Source: Vitrella brassicaformis CCMP3155 (lineage: Eukaryota > Protista > Chromerida). Taken from it: DNA of 64,000 nucleotides. The stretch spans positions 4,661 through 68,660 of the forward strand of contig CDMY01000479.1 of NCBI GenBank assembly GCA_001179505.1. The letters run 5' to 3'. Numbering within the stretch: the first letter of the stretch is position 1; each line of letters begins with the position of its first letter. A model generated the notes under the pieces. That model was not told the origin of the DNA and did no database searches. It worked only from the letters and a program-made list of their open reading frames with translations. A program made the translations under genes and the position numbers. Below are positions 1-11,007 of this stretch, in pieces.

Positions 1-69
1 GAGGGTGAAGGCCGCGGCGAGGCTCGCGAGGCCGATAAAGGCTGCAACCAAGGTCAGGAGGCTCCTCAT
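1..69 (-). CDS. 5' end of a gene running off the window; N-terminal signal peptide (possibly bipartite plastid-targeting)
   Basis: Reverse strand from ATG at 69 reads MRSLLTLVAAFIGLASLAAAFTL: basic residue, hydrophobic core, AxA cleavage site followed by F. Open to the window edge. Not in the ORF track (too short). Confidence 0.6.
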   Translation of the reverse strand, partial: MRSLLTLVAAFIGLASLAAAFTL

Positions 70-174
70 TGTGACCAAAACTGCGAACTTCGCCGACTGT
101 GAGCTCAGCTGCGAGCTTTCCGTCCATTTTAGCGAACGGAAATGGCGCTGAAACTGAGTGTGTAGGTTGGCGTG

Positions 175-2344
175 ATGTATGCGCAGACGTTCGAGTTGAG
201 CGACGCCTTAAAGGCCGCCATCGACCGCTGGAAGGATGCCAGGTCCGACGCGCACGTGCTCAAAATCGTGTTCAAAGCAGGTGGGCAGCTCCGCACTGAA
301 GAGCAGAGGGCCATAGGCACAGCAGACAGGAAAAACAGCCCATAAACGACAGACACGCAATGATGTTGTCACATCGAGTGCTGTGTTGGTGTGTTGTATC
401 CTTTCTTCAGAGGTGCTGGTTGAGGCGCCAGCGCCCCAGAAGGCTGACAGCAGCGTGCCGGCCTCCTCCCTGTCCGGCGTTGAGGCGACCTTCCAGTCCC
501 TCCAGCCGCTAGTGCAGGAGAAGGAGGCCTGCATCCTCCTGGTCAAACTCGCCACACTCTCTAACACCCCGGAAAGGTCAGACTGACAGCATCAGAGAAG
601 AATGACGGCCACGCGCACGTGGTTTGCAATGTGTGTGTGTGTGTGTGTGTGTCAGGGTGTTGGTAGCGTGGGTGCCTGAGGGTGTGTCTGCGAAGGAGAA
701 GGTCATGTACGCCACCGGCAGGGCCATTCTCGGCAGGTACCTGGGCACAGGCACCGCCACCGGCAAGCAGGCCGTCCTGGAGGAGTTCTTTTGCTCTACC
801 AAGGTGGGTGAGTGACCCTCACCTCTTCCCACACACATATGGCACCGACTCGCCATGTGTGTGTTTCTGTCCGTTGGTCTGTCAGTCTGAGTTGTCGTAT
901 GAGGGGTACAGGAGTAGCAGAAAGGGCGGCTCGGGCAGGCCGGCGTCTGCTCAGGAGGCGGCGAGCGCAGATAGCCGTGTTGACAGGAAGGTGCGGCCAG
1001 CAAGAAGCGGCGGAGTGTGCTCAGTCGATCCATGCACTTATTGGTGTGGTCTGGTTGTGCCCAGGTTGAGAGGAGTGAGGATGCGTCGCGGCCCAAGCAC
1101 GCGGTGATGCCGTCGATACCCATCACACCGAAGGAGAGCCTCAAGGTGCTCTTTCTCAGACAGACAGATGGCCCGGGCTGTATCGACACAGGCACAGCTC
1201 ACTGTGTGTGTCTATCAGGATCACCTGAAGAACTTCAAAAACGGTCGCGAGAACTGCCTGCAGATCGTAAGACAGCAGAAACACATACCTAGTGTTGACG
1301 GATGGATGGATGGATGGATGTGTGTGGGTGTGCGTGTCTGCATCAGAGTGTTGACGACAAGTCGTCCACTGTGGACGCCAACCCCTCACCGTACCAAGGA
1401 GCAAGTGAGCGTCCCTGCAGGCCTGCACACACACGTGTGAAGTGTCTGCACACACGTGTGTCTGCCTTCCTCTCCCTGTGTGTGGGTGTCAGGCATCCTG
1501 TCGGCCAATCTGGAGTCAAGCAAGGCGCGTTACTATCTGCTGAGGGGGCGCGATCGAGTCGGTAAGCCGTGCATTCGTTTGCTGCATCCACGTCTGTATG
1601 ACACCTGGGTGTTCTGTGTGTCCATCAGTGTTGATACTGTCGTGTCCTGACGGGGCGTCGCCCACACAGAAGCTCTTCTACGCCGCGTGCAAGGCACCCA
1701 CACACACACGGCGCACTGACAGAGACCGACTCTCGCGTCAGTGGACTCTCTGTCTTTCCCTTTCTTTCTTTCTTTTTTTCTTCCTTTCTTTCTGTCTTTC
1801 TTGTCAGAATCGCATTGTCGACATCGTCCGAGAGGCTGGCATACACATTTGGAAATCGGTACGCCTCTCCACGTTATTGGCTTTGCCCGTCTTTCCTGCC
1901 ATATGTGTGTGTGTGTGTGTGTATCTGCGTGCAGCTTGACGTGCGCTCGCCCAACGACCTGAAGGAGGACACTTTGTGGGACGACGGCGGCCCTGCCGCC
2001 GGCACCATCGCCGCGGCATCGCTCATCTTCAACAAGCCATCGCCACCTGGCACCATCAAATCTGCGGTAAGCAGCTCGCCGCCCTCCCCACCATCACCTT
2101 ATTGTGCTTTCTTTCCCTTACCCAGGACCCGATGAATCCGTCCCTGGGCGGGCTGGCAGTGCCATCCAGCGGCGGAGCGGGGGCCGCCAGACACTCGTCA
2201 CGGATATCGACCATCGCGCAGTCGGGGCTGGGGCGGGCGGCTGCTGTGTTGGGTGGGCTGGGTGAGGGGGTGCAGTCGACGGCGAAGAGCAAGAAAAATG
2301 CGGCTGCCATTGTTGCCGAAGCCAGCGGGGAGATCACATTCTGA
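175..2344 (+). CDS. TWF: Twinfilin-like actin-monomer-binding protein (two ADF-H domains plus C-terminal tail), multi-exon
   Basis: Exon 1 (175-280, GT at 281) reads MYAQTFELSDALKAAIDRWKDARSDAHVLKIVFKA. Later exons give VLVAWVPEGVSAKEKVMYATGRAIL and LILSCPDGASPTQKLFYAACKA (two ADF-H W/C-P-D...K-x-x-Y-A motifs), then a tail FNKPSPPG resembling the twinfilin F-x-K-P-x-x-P motif. Stop at 2344. Confidence 0.8.
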
Positions 2345-3700
2345 CGGAGGGATGGGTGGGTGGGTTGGGTGCGTCGGTGGCTGGGTGGGCTGGCGGGGAG
2401 TTGGTTTGTGCATAAGTACGTGTGTGTTGACGATCGTTTCATGATGGCCGATGAATGAATGGATGGATGGATGGATGCGTGGTCTAATTCGCTTTGATGG
2501 CAGTAAGCCTATCATATTGTCATGTCAGCAGCTAGCCTAGTTGCGTCATCACACACATGCAAGCACACACCCCGCAGACAGACAGACATATACACACATC
2601 GGATTAACATTCACTCGCGCCCTCCGTCACAGAAAGACAGACAGACACACGTCGAGTATGTATGTTTGTATGTTGAGAAAGCAATGATCGTCTCACATCT
2701 GCTCACTCAGCTCTCAGCATGCGCCGAGGTGTCAATCAAGTCGTGATCGACACGTCGCTCCAGCACTCAGCATCCACTGGATGGATGGAAGCATGGAATT
2801 AAGTCCTAAAGAAAACACTTGCTCGTCTACGTATGTACACCCTACTACGTATGGATCGTATGTATGTATGTATGGCTCTCGCCGGTGTATGTCGCCGATT
2901 GACGATTGGAAAAACAGCAGAGGAAAACTAGAGCCCGCACACACCCATCCACACACACACGTACGCCACGTACGTAAACGGCCAGACAGACAGGCAGACA
3001 GCTGACTGAGGCGAAGGACGATTCAGGCACGCAATTCATTCATTCATCCACGCAGAGACACGTACACACGGAAAGAAACACTAGAGGCCCTCACCATACC
3101 ACATCCACAGACACACTCACACGCCGTCCCGTCCAACCACACACCACCACACCTACCGCCGAGTAGGTGCGTGGCGAGGTTAGGTAGTGTAGACAAGAGC
3201 AGTGTGTGTGCATTTCGCCCTGGGCCGACCCAAAGGCAAACAAAACGCCGACAGAAGGACACTCACCGATGTCACCTCCCCTCCCCCCATGGCTGCCAAT
3301 GGAACGCACATTCACACACGGACGACATAAAACGGCCAGACTGAGGCAAAGCAATGACACGGACAGACAGACAGACAGACAGACGCCCACTCACACGCAT
3401 ACACTTCTTTCTCGCCACTACGACATGAACCCCTCTCCCCCGCCCTCTCATCAAGACTCCATCCAGCCCTCTATGCCTACTGCCCGCGGCGAAAGAAAGC
3501 AACACGATACGTGTGTGGTGTGTACGTGCGGATCAGTCCAGTGGAGCGATGACGGTGAGGAAAAGACAGCCAGTCAGACGGAGAAAAAAGGGCCTGCACG
3601 CACCAGCGACAGAAGCGATTGGCGGCTGGCTGGCTTTCGTGTCATTGTGGCTGCCTGGGCCTTACCGCAAGGTCGTGTCGTATGTAGAGAGAGGCCGGGC

Positions 3701-4850
3701 CTACTGCCGGACTCTTCGCCTCCTGCCGTCAGGCTTTGCAGGGGCAGGCTTTGCAGGGGCAGGCTGTGCAGGGGCAGGCTTCACGGGTGCAGGCTTCACG
3801 GGTGCAGGCGCCTTAGGTGCAGCCGCAGGACCAGGGGCCACTCTGCGTCGTCTATCGTCATCATCATCGTCGTCGTCAGTAGGCGGGCAATCCCCCGAAG
3901 AGGGAAGCGAGAGCTTTTGGTCGTCGTAGGTGGTGCAGTCGCCCTTGAGCTGGTTCTTGCCCTCAACACACCGATCAGCTACGACGTCAGCGAAGCAGAA
4001 GTCCTCCGACTCGTACTCGCCTCCATTGCCCATACAGAGCACCTGGCCTTTCACGCAGTTGTCCTCTGTCTCGACTTCATCCTCGTTGTTCTCGATCCTA
4101 ACCCAATTCACGTGGTTGAACCCCCTTCTCCGCCTCGACCTCGTTGAAGTTTCCCACGAACTCTACGTTGTACACACGTTTCGGAGCTTCTGGGTTGGTA
4201 GTACACTCCGCCTTCTCGCCGGTTGGAGTCTTGCAAATGTCACCAAGGTGGGTGTTGCGTTGCGCGTCGATTTCTTGCTTGTTCTTCTCGACTGTTCAAG
4301 ACACGCAAGACAAGGGAATGCAGAGGAGAGGTGGATTCTCTGATGCTCGACTTGCTGACGGTCACTTACATATGGCTACGGGTGAGTCATTGCGCAGCAC
4401 CGTGATTCTTTCACCGCTGTTGATGCCACCCATTATCTTGATGACGCCGTTCTTGTCGTCGCCGCCTAGCGCGCCTAAATCCCCAGGCACACAGTTCTTC
4501 GTCAGCTTCAGACCCTTTTCGAAGTCCGTGATGGTCACGCTTCTTGCGCACACATTGCTGAGGCTAATGTCGGCTTTCCAATTCGTGATTTTAACGTCTC
4601 TTCTCACGATTGTTCCCAGAGACCCGTCCTGGTCGATGGGGAAGGTGCCCCCGTCCAGGATGACATCTTTATCGCAAGGCTCAACAGAATCGCCAGTGGT
4701 AGGGTCTTTACAAAGCGCATCAAGAATCGCCTTGGTGCAACCGGTGAGCTGACTCGCTTGACAGTCCCCCTGCCCGGCGGCGGGCGCAGCAAAGAGAACG
4801 GCGACGCCAACGAAGACAAGAGGGAGGCGGGCGAGGCGGGACGAGGCCAT
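3701..4850 (-). CDS. Secreted Cys-rich protein, paralog A, with acidic-RRRR-(PAPxK)n tail; apparent +1 frameshift at 4121-4125
   Basis: Signal peptide MASSRLARLPLVFVGVAVLFAAPAAG. One coding intron at 4369-4292. Exon 2 is homologous to paralog B (HLGDIC, RVxNVE, VNWV, NCVxGxVxC, GDCT). The frame switches at a C5 run between RVYNVEF and VNWVRI. Confidence 0.7.
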
Positions 4851-5189
4851 TGCGAAAGCGGCGGCGGCGAGCTAGAGGACAAGAGGGCAATGGAAGGGAA
4901 GGCTGACACACACAAGGCAGACTTCTCGAACCAAGGCAGCCAACCCAACGCGTGTCTGTTTGGCGTTGGAACGGCGCTCAGAATTATAGTCTAAGACGCC
5001 GCTTGCAACGCTCGTTAAATCTGACGCGGTGAGGGGTGAGGTGTGCAGGTGGACAGGATGGTGCGCAATGCTGGCGTGCAGTCGCAGTGCATTTGCGCAC
5101 GCATCTTTTTTCCAATGCCGCGTCTCACACGATTGACCGAAAGCGCATTCTATTTGTGTCCTTGGCTGTCTATCCTACTCTCAGCACAC

Positions 5190-6270
5190 ACACACCTCCC
5201 CGCAGCGGTGACCAAACAAAAGAGCTGCTACAACGGTCAGTCACGGCGACTGACAGAGCCACCGACCATGTCAGTCACACAACACCTACTACGGCTGTAT
5301 GTCATGTACTTGGCAGCAACAAGGGAGAAGAAATTCGCCTCTGTCTGCGAATGCGTCGCTTCGGATCAAGCCGGGGTTGTGCATTGCATTGGCTGACCTG
5401 TGCTCCTCGCTACTCTTCTTCCCTCTCACACAAAGGCACTCAATGCTCTCAGGCACATAACATACACGCACACCCCTCTTGTTCGATTGCTCGTAGACAA
5501 GTCTCACTGTCTGCCTGCGCCAACAAGAAGGCGTCCGTAGTCACTCACCAGACAAGAGAGCTCTACGACGGTCAGTCAAGGCGACTGACGAAGCCACCAG
5601 CCATCCACATGCCATGCTACACACACACGAAATCTACTACGTCTGTGTCTGTATGTTATGTATTCGGCAGCAGGAAGTGAGAGAGACGCTCTCGCCTCTG
5701 TGTGTCGTCGATTTGACGACTGGAAAAACTGCCAGGTGCTTGTTCATAAGGAACACACACACACACACGCAGCGACATGGAGTGAATAAGCGGCAAAGCT
5801 ACTTTCTTCAAATCAAGCCAGGGATGTATGTACATTCGCTCATCTTCTCCTCTCTCACACAGGCGCTCAATGCTCTCATCACACACACACGCACACCCCA
5901 CTCATTCGTCGGCTCGTAGACGAAGTCTCACTGTCTGCCTGCACAAACAAAAAAAGCGTCTGTAGGCATCATGCAAAGCAGTTGCTACGAAGGTCAGTCA
6001 CGGCGACTGACAAAGCCAGCAAGCATCCACATGCTACACACACACACACACACACACATGAAATCTACTACGTCTGTATGGAATAGGCAGCAGAAAGTGA
6101 GAGGCGCTGTCGCCTCTGTGTGTCGTCGATTGACGACTGGAAAAACTGCCAGACGATGTGGGAAGGCACACACATGAGGACACATGGAATAGGCGGCCAA
6201 ACTACTTCAAATCAAGCCAGGGATGTGCATAGACTTCTGCTCTCTCCTGCCTCCCTCCTGCCCTGCCCTC
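5190..6270. repeat. Three degenerate tandem copies (~340-420 bp period) of a non-coding unit between the two secreted-protein paralogs
   Basis: Motif gctacaacggtcagtcacggcgactgac recurs near 5225, 5562 and 5985. gctcgtagac..gtctcactgtctgcctgc recurs near 5490 and 5912. gtcgattgacgactggaaaaactgccag recurs near 5707 and 6125, with a related copy near 2895. Confidence 0.75.
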
Positions 6271-6459
6271 ACTGTCGGTGTGTGGTGTGGATCAGTCCAG
6301 TGGAGCAATGACGGTGATTGACGAATACACAGTCAGGCAGACGGAGAGAAAAGGCCTGCACGCACCAGCAACAGAAGCGAACGGTGGTTTGCTCGCTTTC
6401 GTGTCGTTGCGGCTGCCTGAGCCTTACCGCCATGTCGTATGTGGTGAGAGAGGGCGGTC

Positions 6460-7472
6460 CTACTCTCTCAGACTGGCCGCGGTGGCGCGGTCCGCAGGCT
6501 TTGCAGCGGCAGGCTGTGCAGGGGCAGGCTTCACGGGCGCAGGCACCTTAGGTGCAGCCCCAGGACCAGGGGCCACTCTGCGTCGAGTATCGTCATCCAC
6601 AGTGGGGCACTCGCCCTCCTTGGGAGGCGTCAGCTGGGCCGGCCTTCCCTCCGCATCGACGGTACAGTCACCGATGGCCAGGTTGTCGTCCTCACACTTA
6701 TCGTCATCGTCGTCTGCGGCGCAGAAGTCGTCCCCGGTCACGTAGTTGCCCCCATTGTTTTTACACACCACTTTGCCGAACACGCAATTCTTCTTGGTTT
6801 CGATTTCTGCATCATCGCCTTTGTTGTCGCTTATCAAAACCCAATTCACAATATTCTCAGTGGCATCCCACTTGCCCTTGTTGTTGGTGTACTCGACGTT
6901 GTGCACGCGTTCCACGTCATCGGCATCACAGTCCACCTTCTCATCATCTTCATCGACGCATATGTCACCGAGGTGGAAGTTTTCCTCCGTCGTTATCTTG
7001 GTGTCTTGTTGTCGACTGCCCAGGACACGCAAGAGGAGACAACACGTCGAGACGAGTTCTCTCTTTCTTCTTCCAGCTTACAGTAGACCCGGGGCGAGTC
7101 GTTGTTGAACAAGTCGAAGTCGCATTTGTTGTTTGTTATCCCGATAACACCCGTCGATATTCCGTCGCCGTCCACACAGTTCTTCTCAAGCACTATCTTC
7201 CCGTCACCAAGACCATCAATGACCACCTTTTGCGCGCAGGAGTTTTTCAGCGTCAGCCCAATAGTGTTACCGGCCCCTGCGACCACTGTGACGGTTTTTG
7301 CTGTCGCTCCCTCGACTGTCCGCCCGTCAGCAGGGATTGTCTCATCCTTGGCATCTTTGAAGTTGCACTGCAGATCGTCGCACGGCGAGGTCTGTGCGTT
7401 GGCGACGGCAGCGAAGAGGAGGGCGAGAGTGAAGCCGAAAGAGAGGCGGGCGAGGCGGGCTGAAGGGACCAT
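6460..7472 (-). CDS. Secreted Cys-rich protein, paralog B, with acidic-RRR-(PAPxK)n tail
   Basis: Signal peptide MVPSARLARLSFGFTLALLFAAVANA. ORFs 6993-7472 and 6460-7032 are joined by an intron with donor at 7081. Clear homology to 3701-4850. In-frame splicing needs the AAG acceptor at 7007-7005 rather than the CAG at 7018-7016. Confidence 0.7.
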
Positions 7473-7762
7473 GATAGCGTCGGCAGCGGCAGCGGCGGAG
7501 GGCGAAGAGAGTGCTGCAGGATAGCTGCAGGAAGGGAAGCGGCAGAGCTATTGCGGCAGAGGCGTTGGGTGCGTTGGAAGAGGAAAATAATGGGACAGGA
7601 CTTCGGCCTGACACAGGCTAATTGCTGAATACTTCTGTATGCTCTTCTTGCTGATTCCTTCTGCACACACAGGCTGCCTCAGAGGCGTACTTGCTGACTC
7701 AGAGGCGAGACGCGGCCCGGGGGTGACTGGGGGCCACTGCGAGCTGGGGCGAACGCTTCGGA

Positions 7763-10450
7763 ATGGATGAAGCTCCAGCGCTGTCCACTGCTGATCTGGA
7801 AGCCCTTTGGAGCCACTATGACAAAGACGGTGAGACGGAAGCATTGAATTTGAATGAACATCTATTGTTCGTTCTGATTTGCTGCTCGTTCTCGTGTGTG
7901 GCAGGCTCCGGCGCGCTGGTTGGAGGACGCACGCATTGTCAAGTGGGGTGCAATGCATTGTGTCTTCTCCTTGTGCTTGACTGTCATTTAGAGTCCAGCA
8001 GAGGTGCGAGAGCTCATTGTCAAGATACAGCAGAAGGAGGGCCTGTCGGGCACACTCAACGACCACTACTTCGCCAAGGTCTTCAAGCTCTTGGATCCCG
8101 ACGGCAACAACTCAGTCGACAAAAGCGAGTTTTTTGGTCAGTTCAACAAGTTCTGGAAGCACAGAAGGAGGTACCTCACGGTGAGTAAGGGGAGAGACGG
8201 CACCGCTGCGTGTTCTGGAATGATCTGATGGCGATGGTCTTCATGTCAGGGCGAGGAGGGAGGCACGATGAATCCTGCACCTGCGGCTGGTCCGGCAGAG
8301 ACTGATGCGCTGACCGAGAGCGATCTGAAGGCGCTTTGGAATGCGTATTCGGGCGGCGATGAGAAGATGGTAACACACTGACGCGCCAACCTCCACACGA
8401 TTGGATATCGATTCCCCTCCTCCACTTCTGTCTGTTGTATAGGACCACGGAGAGGTGCGCAAGCTGGTGGATCGCATCAGGGTACATACAAGCTGTTTAA
8501 GGCGATGTGCTCCATAGACTCACTTTGTCGAAAAACCGTGTTCTTGCAGGAGAAGGAGGGCATCCCCGGCACTCTGCAGGATGTGTACTACAAGAAGATA
8601 TTCAAGATGCTCGACCCCGACAACAGCGGCTTTGTCGACTGGAGCGAGTTCAAAGCCAACTTCAATCGGTTCTGGAGACACAAGAAGAGATACCTCTCGG
8701 TGGGCGGGCGGTGGGTGCAGCACAGCAGGAAGGACAAGGGACAAGGGACAAGCAGGCCTGCAATGTGCATTCAGGAGGGCGGTGAGATGGGTGAGCTCCA
8801 TCTACGTATGGGGGCGGCGCTGCTGTTGACGAGCCGGAATTGCGACAGCCAGAGCTGCGGGCGTTGTGGGACCACTACGACAAGGATAAGTCTGGCGCAC
8901 TGGTGAGCTGGGGCCGGCACCAACCCTTTCAATGGGCCTGTCCTTCATGTTTTCCGGCGTCCTGCCTTCAGAGCCGCACAGAGCTTCGTGTGCTGTTGGA
9001 AAAGATCCGTGTGAGTGATTTCTGTTGTCTCTGTGTGAGGGTGTCGATGGAATATTCTGCCCTGCCCATCCATTTCTGCAGTATCGCGACGGCGAGCGAG
9101 AGGCCTTGTCGGACAGCTTTCTCAATGAGGTGTTCCGCATGCTTGATCCGGACAACTCGGGCGAGATCACCTGGGAGGAATTCAGCACACGATTCAACGA
9201 CTTCTGGACGAGACGAAAAAGACGGGTAGAGCGAAGAAGCGCACAGATCGATCCACGCGTATTTTGCCACTTCTGTCAGTCGGGTGCTGATGGTGTGAGC
9301 GCCGCCACGTCTGCGCCGAAGCTGACGGATGAGGAGCTGCGTACACTGTGGGACCACTATGATACGGATGGTTCCGGCTACCTGGTGAGACAACAAGGCA
9401 TGGGATCAATGGGGGATCATCCATGAATGTCAGCCCCTTCTTGTGGTCAGGATCGTAACGAGATTCGTGTGTTGCTGGAGAAAATACGGGTACAGACATG
9501 TCGGTGTCTCGCATTCTTCTGCCTGTCTTTCCTTCTTTCTTTCTGACAGATCCGTGACGGCGTACCCGACCCATTGCCAGAGCCCTTCGTCCAGATGGTA
9601 TTTCAGGAGCTCGATCCTGACGGCTCCAATCGCATCGACTTCGACGAATTTCGAGCCAAGTTCAATGACTTCTGGGTGAGTACAGATACATACATACAAG
9701 ACGATCCGTCTCTTCTCCCCATACATACTGGACCGATCTTTTCTTGCTGTAGGTGCGTCGGTCTGGACGATTCATGGCCGCGACTCGTCCGTCGGCGACA
9801 GAGCTGAGGGTGAGGCAGGCCCGCATCATGATTGGGGTGCCGCTCTCGCTTGAGGCTCTGCGGCTCGATGAGAGGGCCGCTGGAGTGCGGCAGAGCCTCG
9901 AGAGCTGCCCTGGGCTCTTCTGGGGGCCAAATGCGCCACCCTGGAAGGGCCCACTGCCGTGGTGATGGCATGGATAGCTGCTGTGTCTGTCGTGTGGTGT
10001 GGTGTGGTGTGTGCAGATGATGGGGACGCCTCTCGGCAGGTGAGCGTCGCCCGCAGGCTGATTGATTTGTGGATGATAGATATGCACTTATGGACGATTC
10101 TGCGATTCCACAGAGTGGGCCACCTGAGCGACCCTTTTCGGTGCCCGCACTGTCAGCTGCCGATCAATGACGACAGACTAGCGGAGTATGTCAGGAGGAA
10201 AGAAGGTCAGCGAGCAATGTCTGTGTCTCACCGTAGTAGCTACGGAGAGATCTTAGTTATTCGCGTGTTTCTTCCAGGATTTCTCCACCGGACGGAGGAG
10301 GAGACGACTCTGCGACCCACCGCTCTGCCGCTGTACAGCCCGACGTTCTACCAAGGAATGTTCAAGACGGGTCGCACTTACGGCCCCGTGCCGCCATCCT
10401 TCTTCCGCTCGCCATACGACACGCACACGTGGGCGGTGCCCAAGACATAG
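7763..10450 (+). CDS. Multi-EF-hand Ca2+-binding protein: four tandem EF-hand pairs plus a unique C-terminal region
   Basis: Four repeats of L-x-x-L-W-x-x-Y-D-x-D-x-S-G-x-L...E-x-R-x-L...F-x-x-L-D-P-D-x-(S/N)-x-x-(V/I)-x-x-x-E-F...F-N-x-F-W, for example LDPDGNNSVDKSEF, LDPDNSGFVDWSEF, LDPDNSGEITWEEF, LDPDGSNRIDFDEF. Last exon ends ...WAVPKT* at 10450. Confidence 0.8.
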
Positions 10451-11007
10451 ATAGAAGACAGAACATAAGTATGTTGGGTTCGTGGCATTCATTGTGACGT
10501 GGAAGGGCATTCATTGTGACGTGGGAGCTTGAAAGAGTGTACGACCTAAAGATTGAGAGGGAGACTGACCGAATAGTGGATTGGTCCGTGTGCGTGTATG
10601 GGACTTCCTCTGTTTATCAGTAAGTATCATTCAAAAGATGCGTCTTCCTTGCTGGAAAGTCTGTGTCTCGTTCTGTGTTCGTCATGTACTCGGCATTCTT
10701 GTCTCACTCACGCAGCTCACAGTTAGGCGATTGGTAGCATTCGAGAATGCATGAGAAACCTGTCTCGTTGCCGCACCCATCCGTGGTAAGAACAGCTATG
10801 GGACCATCTCTGCGCATTTGACTTTGTCTGTTTGAGCTGGGTTTGAGTAGATGCATGAAACGGGCGACGAAGTTCGTCTAAGCATCACTTCGTATCAAGC
10901 AAATGAAGCGAAACAATACATGCAGAAACAATGGACAGCGCTCGTTGACTGCGAAAACATGTCGCACACTGCAAACAAGCGCGAGACATGCAACACGACA
11001 CGCACAC

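Noticed and set aside
5190-6270. Repeated unit as a CRISPR-like array
   Set aside because: The units are hundreds of bp, degenerate along their whole length, with no constant repeat/unique spacer pattern, and the context is eukaryotic.
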